A DNA stretch of 64,000 nucleotides, taken from IMG/VR virus record IMGVR_UViG_3300020312_000001; one strand, written 5' to 3'. How positions within the stretch are numbered: position 1 is the stretch's first letter; the number at the start of each line of letters is the position of its first letter. Source of the DNA: an uncultured virus (IMG/VR IMGVR_UViG_3300020312_000001) (lineage: Duplodnaviria > Heunggongvirae > Uroviricota > Caudoviricetes > Crassvirales). Of the stretch, positions 17,211-27,535 are shown piece after piece. The translations under genes and the position numbers were made by a program. Below the pieces are notes generated by a model. That model was given only the letters and a program-made list of their open reading frames with translations, was not told the origin of the DNA and did no database searches.

Positions 17211-17424
17211 TATAATAAGAAAAATTACTATAGGTAAAGATTACAAAAATGATTCAATGCACTACTCTGTTGGACAAGAGGTGTATGGTGGTCATGAGAT
17301 ATGTGATATAATAGAAGAAGAAAATAAATATTGCATATACATAAGAAAAGGAGATATAGTTATACCTTGGAAAGATTTTAATAAAAACATGGCTATATCA
17401 ATTGAATATAATTTAGAGTACTAA
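17200..17424 (+). CDS. hypothetical protein (start probably MKSNIIRK at 17200)
   Basis: Start overlaps the end of the upstream gene; stop overlaps the next ATG. Confidence 0.65.
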   Translation: MKSNIIRKITIGKDYKNDSMHYSVGQEVYGGHEICDIIEEENKYCIYIRKGDIVIPWKDFNKNMAISIEYNLEY

Positions 17425-18011
17425 TGAATGCTTATAAAGATTATATTATTAGTCCTGTGGGTGATCGTTACAATAATAATATACAAGTTGGAAGAAGAGA
17501 ACTAGTATTAAATACTGAAATTTTCAACCATCAATATATCAATAGAAAAGCAAAAGTAATCGCTACTCCACTATTATTTCAATCACCTATTAATGTAGGT
17601 GATGAGGTAATAGTGCATCATAATATATTTAGAAGATGGCATGATGTTAAGGGTAGAGAAAAAAATAGTAGATCATACTGGAAAGAGGATAAATATATAA
17701 TATCAGAAGATCAAATATATTTATATAAAAGAAAAAGTTGGGTTGCTATGCCTGGTTATAGTTTTGTTAAACCTTTGAAAAAAACAAACAAGTTTAACAC
17801 AAGTAGCGAAAAACCTTTAGTAGGTATTATTAAGTATTCTGATGGAACCTATAATAAAGAAGAGTTAGTTGGTTTTACCCCAGGTAGTGAATATGAATTT
17901 ATTATTGATGGTGAAAGATTATATAGAGTTATGAATAAATTTATTACAATTAAATATGAATATCAAGGAAACGAAGAAGAATATAATCCAAGCTGGGCAC
18001 AAAGCGGTTGA
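17424..18011 (+). CDS. GroES-like tandem-domain protein
   Basis: Two GroES-like half patterns: 'AKVIATP..INVGDEVIVHHN' and 'GIIKY..EELVGF...EYEFIIDGERLYRV'. Confidence 0.5.
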   Translation: MNAYKDYIISPVGDRYNNNIQVGRRELVLNTEIFNHQYINRKAKVIATPLLFQSPINVGDEVIVHHNIFRRWHDVKGREKNSRSYWKEDKYIISEDQIYLYKRKSWVAMPGYSFVKPLKKTNKFNTSSEKPLVGIIKYSDGTYNKEELVGFTPGSEYEFIIDGERLYRVMNKFITIKYEYQGNEEEYNPSWAQSG

Positions 18012-18231
18012 AGAATTAATTAAGGTAGCTAGAGAAGAAATAGTTGATTCAGATGAAGATATATCAGCTGATAGATTAAAGAATGCTGCAGCTACAAAAA
18101 AGTTAGCTATATTTGATGCATTTGAAATATTAAATAGAATCCACGAGGAAGAAGCAATGCTTGAAGGAAAACCAATAGAAGAAGAAAAAAAGACAGCTTT
18201 TAAAGGGTTCGCGGAAGGTAGATCAAGATGA
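17956..18231 (+). CDS. putative terminase small subunit
   Basis: Helical 91-aa ORF directly upstream of and overlapping terL; call is positional. Confidence 0.45.
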   Translation: MNIKETKKNIIQAGHKAVEELIKVAREEIVDSDEDISADRLKNAAATKKLAIFDAFEILNRIHEEEAMLEGKPIEEEKKTAFKGFAEGRSR

Positions 18232-20465
18232 GTTATAAACAAACTTTATATAAGGTTGTAGAGCCAATAAATACAAACACTATTAAAAGACTTAATAAAT
18301 CTAAAAAGTGGAAGTATGGCTATAATAAAGAAAATAACATTGTAGTTATATCTAAAACTGGAATGATAGGTGAGATATTAGAAATACAAGGTTTTCAAAT
18401 AGCTTTACCTAAAGAACCTAAAGAAGTTTATTCTTACAGCAAAACGAAATCAGAACAAAAATGGAGACAATTCCCTATTAACCCTGATTTCAAAAGAATT
18501 AAAACAGTATTTGATTGGCAAGAATATCCAGATGATTTTAAAGAAAAACATTATGGATATATAGATGAAGAGTTTAAAAGAAGAGAAGAAGGTTTTTGGT
18601 TTATGAATAACGGTAAACCAACCTATATTACCGGAACACACTACATGTATCTACAGTGGAGTAAGATAGATGTAGGTGCGCCAGATTATAGAGAAGCTAA
18701 TAGATTGTTCTTTATATTTTGGGAAGCTTGTAAAGCGGATAAAAGATGCTATGGAATGTGTTATTTGAAAAATAGACGTTCTGGTTTTTCTTTTATGAGT
18801 TCAGCTGAAACTGTTAATCAAGCAACTATATCAAGTGATAGTAGATTTGGGATACTTTCTAAAACAGGTGCCGATGCTAAAAAGATGTTTACGGATAAAG
18901 TGGTACCAATTAGTTTAAACTACCCATTCTTCTTTAAACCGATACAGGACGGTATGGACCGACCAAAGTCCGAACTCGCTTACAGGGTGCCTGCTAAAAA
19001 GTTTACACGTAGAAAAATGGGTGTACACGAAGAGCAAGATGACATGGAGGGATTAGATACTACTATTGACTGGAAAAATACAGGTGATAATAGTTATGAT
19101 GGTGAAAAACTCTCTCTATTAGTACATGATGAAAGTGGTAAGTGGGAAAGACCTGATAATATAAAAAATAACTGGAGAGTTACAAAAACTTGTTTACGAT
19201 TAGGTAGTAGGATTATAGGTAAGTGTATGATGGGAAGCACATCAAATGCTTTAGACAAAGGAGGAGATAATTTTAAAAATTTATATTATAATTCAGATGT
19301 CACAAAAAGAAATCGTAATGGACAAACTAAGTCGGGACTATATTCTTTGTTTATTCCTATGGAATGGAATTACGAAGGATTCATTGATGAATTCGGACAA
19401 CCCGTATTCAATACTCCGAAAGAACAAACATTTGATCCACATGGAGTAGAAATAGATTATGGCGTTATAAATCATTGGGACAACGAAGCTGATGGTTTAA
19501 AAGATGATCAAGATGCTTTAAATGAATTTTATCGTCAGTTTCCTAGAACCGAGGAACATGCGTTTAGGGATGAGACTGGTAATAGTTTATTTAACCTTGT
19601 TAAAATATATGAACAAATAGATTTTAATGATGGTAATAGAAATACATCAGTTTTAACAAAAGGTAATTTTCAATGGTTAAGTGGAGTTAAAGACACTAGT
19701 GTTACTTTTAATCCAGATCCTAATGGAAGATTTAATATTAGTTGGATACCAAACTCAAATATGCAAAATAAAATCATTGTGAAAAACGGAACTAAGCACC
19801 CGGGTAATGCACATATGGGAGCGTTTGGCTGTGACTCATACGATATATCAGGAACGGTGGATGGTAGAGGATCAAAAGGAGCTTTACATGGATTAACTAA
19901 GTTTTCTATGGAAGATGCTCCAGCTAATACATTCTTTTTAGAATATATAGCAAGGCCGCAAACGGCTGATATATTTTTTGAAGATGTACTAATGGCATTA
20001 GTATTTTATGGTATGCCATTATTAGCAGAGAATAATAAACCTAGACTTTTATATTATCTTAGAAGAAGAGGGTATAGAGGTTTTAGTATGAATAGACCGG
20101 ATAAGGTTTGGAACAAATTGTCAATTGCTGAAAAGGAAGTTGGAGGAATACCAAACACAAGTGAGGATATTAAACAAGCTCATGCGGCAGCAATTGAAAT
20201 GTATATTAACGATCATGTTGGGTTAACGGAAGAGGGTGTTTATGGGAATATGTATTTTAACTCTACTTTAAATGATTGGGCCAAATTTGATATAACAAAA
20301 AGAACAAAGTATGATGCTTCAATAAGTTCTGGTTTAGCAATAATGGCTTGCAATAGACATTTGTATAGATCAAATCCAGATAGAGAAAAAACACCATTAA
20401 ACCTTAATATATCAAAATATAATAATCAAGGATTTTCATCAAGAATAATAAAACAACAAACATGA
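18228..20465 (+). CDS. terL: terminase large subunit
   Basis: Walker A-like KNRRSGFS, Walker B LLVHDESGK, motif III MGST, nuclease GAFGCDSYD...YDASISSGLA; lies upstream of the portal. Confidence 0.92.
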   Translation: MSYKQTLYKVVEPINTNTIKRLNKSKKWKYGYNKENNIVVISKTGMIGEILEIQGFQIALPKEPKEVYSYSKTKSEQKWRQFPINPDFKRIKTVFDWQEYPDDFKEKHYGYIDEEFKRREEGFWFMNNGKPTYITGTHYMYLQWSKIDVGAPDYREANRLFFIFWEACKADKRCYGMCYLKNRRSGFSFMSSAETVNQATISSDSRFGILSKTGADAKKMFTDKVVPISLNYPFFFKPIQDGMDRPKSELAYRVPAKKFTRRKMGVHEEQDDMEGLDTTIDWKNTGDNSYDGEKLSLLVHDESGKWERPDNIKNNWRVTKTCLRLGSRIIGKCMMGSTSNALDKGGDNFKNLYYNSDVTKRNRNGQTKSGLYSLFIPMEWNYEGFIDEFGQPVFNTPKEQTFDPHGVEIDYGVINHWDNEADGLKDDQDALNEFYRQFPRTEEHAFRDETGNSLFNLVKIYEQIDFNDGNRNTSVLTKGNFQWLSGVKDTSVTFNPDPNGRFNISWIPNSNMQNKIIVKNGTKHPGNAHMGAFGCDSYDISGTVDGRGSKGALHGLTKFSMEDAPANTFFLEYIARPQTADIFFEDVLMALVFYGMPLLAENNKPRLLYYLRRRGYRGFSMNRPDKVWNKLSIAEKEVGGIPNTSEDIKQAHAAAIEMYINDHVGLTEEGVYGNMYFNSTLNDWAKFDITKRTKYDASISSGLAIMACNRHLYRSNPDREKTPLNLNISKYNNQGFSSRIIKQQT

Positions 20466-22849
20466 GAGATACTTTTGCAAATTTTCCATCACAAGCAGTA
20501 AGTGATAAAGAGAAGCTCAGTGAAGAATATGGCTTAGAGGTGGCTAAAGCTATTAAGCAAGAATGGTTTTCTGATAATATAGGTAAATATGCTAGCAACT
20601 TAACTAATTTTCATAAATTAAGATTATATGCTCGAGGAGAACAGTCAATAGATAAATATAAAAACGAGTTATCTATTAATGGTGATTTATCTTACTTAAA
20701 CCTAGATTGGAAACCAGTACCTATTATTCCTAAGTTTGTAGATATAGTTGTAAATGGTATGGCTAATAGATCTTATGAGATAAATTGTTATTCACAAGAT
20801 CAGTATGGGGTTAGCAAGAGAACCGATTATATGGAATCTATATTAAAAGATATGAAGGCTAAAACCTATAATGATTTAGTTAAAGGTCTTTTTCAAATGG
20901 ATTTATATGAAAATGATAGAGAGACTTTACCAGATAGTGAAGAAGAGTTACAACTCCACATGCAGTTGAATTATAAACAAGCTGTTGAAATAGCTGAAGA
21001 ACAAGCTTTAAACGTTTTGTTTGACGGTAGTGATTATGATTTAGTTAGAAGAAGAACTCTATACGATATAGCTACTATAGGTATAGGCGCTACTAAAACT
21101 ACATTTGATTGGAGCGATGGAGCTAGAGTTGAATACGTTGATCCAGCTAATTTAGTCTACTCTCATACTGATTCTCCATACTTTGAAGATATATATTATG
21201 TTGGAGAAATAAAAGAGATACCAATAAACGAATTAGTCAAACAATTTCCAGAGTTAACAGAAAGCGAAATAGAGGATATAGTCGAAAAGAGTCATGACCC
21301 ACTTTATCACAAACCTGGTAAAGATCATAACAAAGTACACGTTTTATATTTTAATTATAAAACTCATTCTAATAATGTTTATAAATTAAAGAAAACTGGA
21401 AGTGGAGCTGAAAAGATATTAGAAAAAGATGAAAGTTTTAATCCACCAGAGGAAAAACAAAAAGAAGGTGGTTTTGAGAGATTAGAAAGAGTAGTTGAAT
21501 GTTTATATGAAGGAGTATTTGCTATAGGTTCTGATAAATTACTAAAATGGAGAATGATGCCTAACATGATGAGGACGCAATCTAATTTTAGTAAGGTAAA
21601 AATGAATTACCAAATAGTAGCTCCTAGAATGTATGAGGGTAGAATAGAATCTCTAGTTGGTAGAGTTACTGGTTTTGCAGATATGATTCAGTTAACTCAT
21701 TTGAAGTTACAACAAGTGATGGCTAGAATGGTACCAGATGGTGTTTACCTAGACGCTGATGGTTTAGCTGAGATAGACTTGGGTAATGGAACAAACTATA
21801 ATCCACAAGAAGCTTTAAACATGTTCTTCCAAACAGGTAGTGTTATTGGTAGGAGTTTCACGTCAGAGGGTGAAATGAATCCTGGTAAAATACCAATTCA
21901 ACAAATTCAAAACGGCGCTGGTGGAAATAAGATACAAAGTTTAATTCAAACTTATAATTATTATCTACAGATGATAAGAGATGTAACCGGATTAAACGAA
22001 GCTAGAGATGCTGCTCAACCTGATCCGAATGCTTTAGTTGGAGTTCAAAAAATGGCTGCTGCTAACTCTAATACCGCAACAAGACATATATTACAGTCTA
22101 TGTTGTTCTTAACAGCTGAAGCTGCTGAATGTTTATCTTTGAGAATTGCGGATATAATAGAGTATTCTCCAACTCGTGATGCTTTTATACAAGCTATAGG
22201 TGCACACAATGTTGCTTCTTTAAAAGAAATGTCTGAATTACACCTGTATGATTTTGGTATATTTATAGAACTAATGCCAGATGAGGAAGAGAAAGCTGTG
22301 TTGGAGCAGAATATACAAGTAGCTTTAGGTCAAAAACTAATAGACTTAGACGATGCTATAGATCTTAGAGATGTTAGAAATACTAAGCTAGCTAATCAAC
22401 TTCTTAAGGTTAAGAGAAAAAAGAAGATGATGAGAGATCAAGCTATGGCTGAACAAAACATGCAGTCTCAAGCTCAAGCAAATGCTCAACAACAACAAGC
22501 GGCAGCTGAAGCAGAGATGCAAAAAACTGATGCTAAATTAGCGGGCGAAACGCAATTAGAGCAGATGAAAAACAATTTAAAAATACAATACCTGAAAGAA
22601 GAAGTAAAGAGTAAGAAGGAGCTAATGGCGTTTGAATTTGATCTAAATTCTAAAATGAAAGAGACAGAAAATGAAAATGCTAATATGATGGAGAACATGA
22701 GGGAGGATAGAAAAGATGCTAGAGCTGATAAAGATGCGGAGCACAAAAAGGATATAGCTAACGCTAAAAATCCGGCTAATTCCGTTAAAAGATTTGAATC
22801 ATCAGGTAATGATATAATTACGGGAGGAGCGAGTATTGATCGTTTCTAA
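20462..22849 (+). CDS. portal protein
   Basis: 795 aa between terL and scaffold/capsid; 'PIIPKFVDIVV', 'VTGLNEARD', Q/A-rich coiled C-terminus. Confidence 0.85.
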   Translation: MRDTFANFPSQAVSDKEKLSEEYGLEVAKAIKQEWFSDNIGKYASNLTNFHKLRLYARGEQSIDKYKNELSINGDLSYLNLDWKPVPIIPKFVDIVVNGMANRSYEINCYSQDQYGVSKRTDYMESILKDMKAKTYNDLVKGLFQMDLYENDRETLPDSEEELQLHMQLNYKQAVEIAEEQALNVLFDGSDYDLVRRRTLYDIATIGIGATKTTFDWSDGARVEYVDPANLVYSHTDSPYFEDIYYVGEIKEIPINELVKQFPELTESEIEDIVEKSHDPLYHKPGKDHNKVHVLYFNYKTHSNNVYKLKKTGSGAEKILEKDESFNPPEEKQKEGGFERLERVVECLYEGVFAIGSDKLLKWRMMPNMMRTQSNFSKVKMNYQIVAPRMYEGRIESLVGRVTGFADMIQLTHLKLQQVMARMVPDGVYLDADGLAEIDLGNGTNYNPQEALNMFFQTGSVIGRSFTSEGEMNPGKIPIQQIQNGAGGNKIQSLIQTYNYYLQMIRDVTGLNEARDAAQPDPNALVGVQKMAAANSNTATRHILQSMLFLTAEAAECLSLRIADIIEYSPTRDAFIQAIGAHNVASLKEMSELHLYDFGIFIELMPDEEEKAVLEQNIQVALGQKLIDLDDAIDLRDVRNTKLANQLLKVKRKKKMMRDQAMAEQNMQSQAQANAQQQQAAAEAEMQKTDAKLAGETQLEQMKNNLKIQYLKEEVKSKKELMAFEFDLNSKMKETENENANMMENMREDRKDARADKDAEHKKDIANAKNPANSVKRFESSGNDIITGGASIDRF

Positions 22850-22878
22850 CAATTTTTAATATTTTATAAAATTTTATT

Positions 22879-24042
22879 ATGGCAGAAGAAAAAGAAAACA
22901 AAGTCGAAGAGACTAAGGTTGAGGAACCTAAAAATCCAACTGTAACAAAAGTTGATTTAAAGCAAAAAGCTAAAGATCTAACTAGTAATGTAACTAAAGT
23001 TGATTTAAACAATCCACCAAAATCATCTGAAGAGGAAGTGGAGGAATCTAAAGAAGATGATGTTATTGTTGTTAACGAAGAACCTAAAGAAACTGAGGAG
23101 GTTATTGAGGAGAAAACTGAAGAAAAAGAAGAAACCCCAGTTATTCAAGAGGTTACAGACGAGGAGGTAGTTAAAGTTGATATTCCCAAAGTTGAAACAG
23201 AAACACCTTATAAGTTACCAGAGAAATTACAGAAAGTTGCTGACTTTATGAAAGAGACAGGAGGTGATCTCAACGACTATGTAAAATTAAACAGAGATAT
23301 ATCCAACATGGACGACTCTGATGTTTTAGATGAATATTATAAAGAAACTAAATCTCATTTAACACCAGAAGAAAGAAGTTTTCTACTAGAAGATAACTTT
23401 GGTTTTGACGAAGAAGTTGACGACGCAAAGGATATACGTAAAAAGAAAATAGCCCTCAAAGAGCAGGTTGCCGAGGCTAGAGCCCACTTAGACAGGCAAA
23501 AGTCTAAATACTATGAAGATATTAAAGCTGGAGGTGATCTAACGGAAGATCAAAAGAAGGCAATTGATTTCTTTAATAGATACAACAAGGAGAATGAACA
23601 ACAGAAGAGTATAGCAAATAAAAGTAAAGAGGCATTTTTAAAGAAAACTGACGATGTTTTTAATGAAGATTTCAAAGGTTTTGATTATCAAATTGGAGAC
23701 AAAAAGTTCAGATTCAATGTTAAAGATGTAGAAAACACCAAAACTACCCAAAGTGATATTAATAATTTCGTTAATAAGTTTGTTGACGATGATAATATTA
23801 CGATAAAGGACGCTAAGGGTTATCATAAATCTTTATTTACAGCTATGAACGCTGATGCTATTGCTAAGCATTTTTATGAGCAAGGTAAATCCGATGCGAT
23901 TAAAGATACTATAGCTAACGATAAGAATATAGATATGAATCCACGTCAAACACACGGCGAGGTTAGTGTTGATGGTATTAAAGTTAAAGCGTTAGGCGAT
24001 TCTGCTAGTGATTTCAAATTTAAAATTAGAAAGAAAAAATAA
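22879..24042 (+). CDS. putative capsid scaffolding protein
   Basis: Highly acidic N-terminus and helical body; immediately upstream of the major capsid gene. Confidence 0.65.
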   Translation: MAEEKENKVEETKVEEPKNPTVTKVDLKQKAKDLTSNVTKVDLNNPPKSSEEEVEESKEDDVIVVNEEPKETEEVIEEKTEEKEETPVIQEVTDEEVVKVDIPKVETETPYKLPEKLQKVADFMKETGGDLNDYVKLNRDISNMDDSDVLDEYYKETKSHLTPEERSFLLEDNFGFDEEVDDAKDIRKKKIALKEQVAEARAHLDRQKSKYYEDIKAGGDLTEDQKKAIDFFNRYNKENEQQKSIANKSKEAFLKKTDDVFNEDFKGFDYQIGDKKFRFNVKDVENTKTTQSDINNFVNKFVDDDNITIKDAKGYHKSLFTAMNADAIAKHFYEQGKSDAIKDTIANDKNIDMNPRQTHGEVSVDGIKVKALGDSASDFKFKIRKKK

Positions 24043-24061
24043 CTTAAAAAAAATTTAAATT

Positions 24062-25558
24062 ATGGCAATTAATCCCGGACCTAGTTTGAATAGTGTCGCT
24101 GCTCCACAACAGCAAGCGTTACAATCAAACTATATCGATTTTACGAGCACAGACACAAGTGGTTGGGCTCAACAATACCTGCCTGACTTAATGGAAAAGG
24201 AAGCTGAAGTTTTCGGTCAACGAACAATTTCAGGTTTCTTGGAAAAAGTTGGAGCGGAAGAGGCTATGACTTCAGATCAAGTAATTTGGTCTGAGCAAGG
24301 TAGACTACACTTATCATATATATGTAAAGTGGCATCTGGTAAAATAGTAATACAAGGTGATATTGATAAAGCTAAATACAATGCTACTGGTATCTCAAGT
24401 GCAACAGGTGGTGGACACGGTGTTAGAGTTAATGACACTATAATCATCGCAAATGCTGAGCAAGTTATTAGAGCTATGGTTACAGTTGTTTCAACTGATA
24501 CTCTTACTGTAGCACCTTATAGTGGTACATTAACTGATAATGCTACTACTCAAGCTAATGACTCAACAACTATATTAGTTTATGGTTCTGAGTACGGTAA
24601 AGCTACTAAATATGATGATGCAGCAGGTAATCATAGTGTTAATGAATCAAGAGGTGCTAACGAACCTGACTTTAAAACGTTCTCTAATAAACCAATTATC
24701 ATGAAAGATTATTACGAAATATCTGGATCTGATACTGGTAGAATTGGATGGGTTGAAGTAAGTGGTGAGAAAGGACAAAGTGGTTATTACTGGTATTTAA
24801 AAGCTGAAGCTGACACAAGAGCTAGATTTAATGATTATTTAGAAATGGCAATGCTTGAATCAGAGAAAACAGCTTATGACGGTACTGGTACTACTATTGA
24901 TTCTGAAATAGGTCACGCTGGTGGTGCTGTTGGTACTCAAGGTTTATTTTCAGCTATTGAAGATAGAGGTAACGTAACAACAGGTGTAACAGGTGTTAAT
25001 GCTGCTACTGACTTAGCTGAGTTCGATGCTATATTAGCTGAATTTGACAAACAAGGTGCTATTGAAGAATACATGATGTTTGTTAATCGTTCAACTAGTT
25101 TAGCGATGGACGACATGCTTGCTTCTATGAATTCTTACGGAGCTGGAGGTACTTCTTACGGAGTATTTGACAACGACGAAGATATGGCATTAAATTTAGG
25201 TTTCTCAGGATTTAGAAGAGGTTCTTATGACTTCTACAAATCTGATTTCAGATACTTAAATGATAAAGCTACAAGAGGTGGTATCAACGCAGCAGCAGCT
25301 GCAGGTAGCGCTATTAGAGGTGTTATGATTCCAGCTGGTACTTCTACTGTGTATGACCAGTCTTTAGGTAAAAACTTAAAAAGACCATTCTTACACGTTA
25401 GATACAAAGCTTCTAAAACAGATAATAGAAAGATGAAGACTTGGACTACTGGTTCAGTTGGAGCTGCTACATCTGCATTAGATGCAATGCAAATCCACTT
25501 CTTATCAGAAAGATGTTTGATCACACAAGGTGCAAACAACTTTATGTTAATGAAGTAA
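24062..25558 (+). CDS. major capsid protein
   Basis: 498 aa after portal and scaffold, followed by a strong terminator; 'WSEQGRL...TQGLFSAIEDRG...LSERCL..QGANNF'. Confidence 0.85.
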   Translation: MAINPGPSLNSVAAPQQQALQSNYIDFTSTDTSGWAQQYLPDLMEKEAEVFGQRTISGFLEKVGAEEAMTSDQVIWSEQGRLHLSYICKVASGKIVIQGDIDKAKYNATGISSATGGGHGVRVNDTIIIANAEQVIRAMVTVVSTDTLTVAPYSGTLTDNATTQANDSTTILVYGSEYGKATKYDDAAGNHSVNESRGANEPDFKTFSNKPIIMKDYYEISGSDTGRIGWVEVSGEKGQSGYYWYLKAEADTRARFNDYLEMAMLESEKTAYDGTGTTIDSEIGHAGGAVGTQGLFSAIEDRGNVTTGVTGVNAATDLAEFDAILAEFDKQGAIEEYMMFVNRSTSLAMDDMLASMNSYGAGGTSYGVFDNDEDMALNLGFSGFRRGSYDFYKSDFRYLNDKATRGGINAAAAAGSAIRGVMIPAGTSTVYDQSLGKNLKRPFLHVRYKASKTDNRKMKTWTTGSVGAATSALDAMQIHFLSERCLITQGANNFMLMK

Positions 25559-25569
25559 GATTGTTTATT

Positions 25570-25607
25570 TATAAGGGCGGTCTAGTATCGCCCTTATATT
25601 TTTTTTT
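25570..25607 (+). terminator. intrinsic terminator
   Basis: TATAAGGGCG-N9-CGCCCTTATA followed by a T9 run. Confidence 0.9.
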
Positions 25608-25627
25608 AATTTATATTATATTATATT

Positions 25628-26488
25628 ATGGCAAAGAAAAAGAAAGTTGCAACTAAGGTTAAAGAACCTGTGGTTGAAGAAACAGTGGTTGTAGAAGAAC
25701 AACCGGTTGTCAAAGAGCAACCAAAAGTTAAAATTCCTAAAATAGAACCTAAAGATTTGGAACCCAAGTGGGAGATTAAAGATAGGGTTTACTATTTAAA
25801 AGGAAACAAAAAACCGTTGACATACTCTATTAGATCATCTAATATATATTATTTTGACGAAGAAAAGGGATACGAGAGAGAATTGAAGTATTGTCAAAAT
25901 CAAAAAACTCCATTTGTTGACGAAATGCAAGGTGACCAAAGATTAGAGCATATAGTGTTTCAAAATGGAGCATTATTTGTTAGAAAAGAAAAGGTTACTT
26001 TACAGAAACTACTATCCTTATATCACCCTCATAGAGATAAATTATTTTATGAATATCAACCAGTTAGGGTTGCAGAAAATCAATTAGACTGGTTAGAGTT
26101 TGAAATTGAGGCTTTAAAAATAGCTAAAGATGTTGATATTGATATGGCTGAAGCTATTATGAGAGCAGAGGTTGGATCTGAGGTTAATAAGATGGGTTCT
26201 AAGGAACTTAGAAGAGATTTAATACTATTCGCTAGAAATAATCCTAAGTTGTTCTTAGAATTAGTGGCTGATGAAAACGTGATGCTTAGAAACTTTGGTA
26301 TTAGAGCTGTTGAGTTAAATATAATTAACTTATCTGAAGACCAAAGAACATTTACTTGGAGTTCTAATAATAGAAAATTAATGAACGTTCCATTTGATGA
26401 ACATCCATACTCAGCGTTAGCTGCTTGGTTTAAAACTGATGAAGGTATGGAGATATATAGAAATATAGAAAAAAGATTAAACAAATAA
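25628..26488 (+). CDS. hypothetical protein downstream of the capsid gene
   Basis: 286-aa ORF bracketed by two terminators. Confidence 0.8.
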   Translation: MAKKKKVATKVKEPVVEETVVVEEQPVVKEQPKVKIPKIEPKDLEPKWEIKDRVYYLKGNKKPLTYSIRSSNIYYFDEEKGYERELKYCQNQKTPFVDEMQGDQRLEHIVFQNGALFVRKEKVTLQKLLSLYHPHRDKLFYEYQPVRVAENQLDWLEFEIEALKIAKDVDIDMAEAIMRAEVGSEVNKMGSKELRRDLILFARNNPKLFLELVADENVMLRNFGIRAVELNIINLSEDQRTFTWSSNNRKLMNVPFDEHPYSALAAWFKTDEGMEIYRNIEKRLNK

Positions 26489-26507
26489 TCTATTTTATAT
26501 AACGTAG

Positions 26508-26540
26508 AAATAGCCACCCATTAGGAGTGGCTATTTTTAT
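26508..26540 (+). terminator. intrinsic terminator
   Basis: AAATAGCCAC...GTGGCTATTT stem followed by a T-rich tail. Confidence 0.85.
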
Positions 26541-26596
26541 TTAGATGCTAACCTTTCTCGTTATTATGTAACTATATTATAGTAAAATATTATATT

Positions 26597-26767
26597 ATGA
26601 GTAAATCAAAAGGTTTGGGGGATTCGGTGGAAAAATTTACTAAAGCCACTGGATTAAAAACATTAATGGAAATTTCAATGGAAAGCTTTGGAGTTAAGAA
26701 AAAAGACTGCGGATGTAATAAACGTAAGAAGTGGTTAAACGAGCAATTTCCTTATAACAATAAATAG
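26597..26767 (+). CDS. small phage protein (56 aa, GLGD...DCGC motif)
   Basis: Manual translation MSKSKGLGDSVEKFTKATGLK...KKDCGCNKRKKWLNEQFPYNNK*. Confidence 0.7.
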   Translation: MSKSKGLGDSVEKFTKATGLKTLMEISMESFGVKKKDCGCNKRKKWLNEQFPYNNK

Positions 26768-26768
26768 A

Positions 26769-27533
26769 ATGATAAATATAGACAATGTATATCAAAAGGT
26801 TTTAGCTTTAGCTAGTAAAGAGCAGAGAGGTTATATAACACCTCAAGAATATAATCTTTTTGTTAATAAGGCTCAAAATGAAATATTTGAAGACTACTTT
26901 CATAATTTCAAAACAGCTGAAATGAAACCAAAATCACATCTTCAATATGCTGATGAAATAGAATTATTAGAACACAAGTTGCATCCATTTAGAATGTATA
27001 AAACTATTGATTTATCAACTGGTGATCAAATAGTAGGTTTAAATGAAATGGGAGAAGTTGTTGGTGATGAAGTATATTACATAGACAGTATTAGATTAAA
27101 AACAGTTGGAGCTAACTCTTCTTTCAAAACAGGTAGTAACCCTGAAATAGCACCTATGTCAAAAGCAGAATTTTTATCATCACAAGTACATCCATTAACA
27201 AAAGCAACTGTAAATAGACCAACTTACGAGCGTATTAGTAATAATTCTATAAAAGTATGGCCAGGTCCAGTTAATCCGGCGGAGACATGGGGTATAACTA
27301 TTGATTCATTTAGAAAACCAAGAACAGCTAAGTGGGGTTATGTTGTTGTTAACGGTAAAGCTATGTACAATAATAATCCGCTATATAGTACTGATATAGA
27401 ACTACACCCTTCAGAGGAAGAATTAATGGTAGCCAAAGTGCTACAGTTAGCCGGTGTTGCTATTTTAAAACAAGAACTCATTCAGATGGGTGGTGGTATG
27501 GAAGGAGCTATTAAACAAAGTAAAGACGATTAA
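26769..27533 (+). CDS. putative head-tail adaptor / tail ring protein
   Basis: Position after the capsid genes; 'KEQRGYITPQEYNLF..KAQ' N-terminus. Confidence 0.55.
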   Translation: MINIDNVYQKVLALASKEQRGYITPQEYNLFVNKAQNEIFEDYFHNFKTAEMKPKSHLQYADEIELLEHKLHPFRMYKTIDLSTGDQIVGLNEMGEVVGDEVYYIDSIRLKTVGANSSFKTGSNPEIAPMSKAEFLSSQVHPLTKATVNRPTYERISNNSIKVWPGPVNPAETWGITIDSFRKPRTAKWGYVVVNGKAMYNNNPLYSTDIELHPSEEELMVAKVLQLAGVAILKQELIQMGGGMEGAIKQSKDD

Positions 27534-27535
27534 TT

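Noticed and set aside
18228..25558. Introns or inteins in terL, capsid or nrdJ
   Set aside because: The ORFs are continuous and of ordinary length, with no intein or homing-endonuclease motifs seen.
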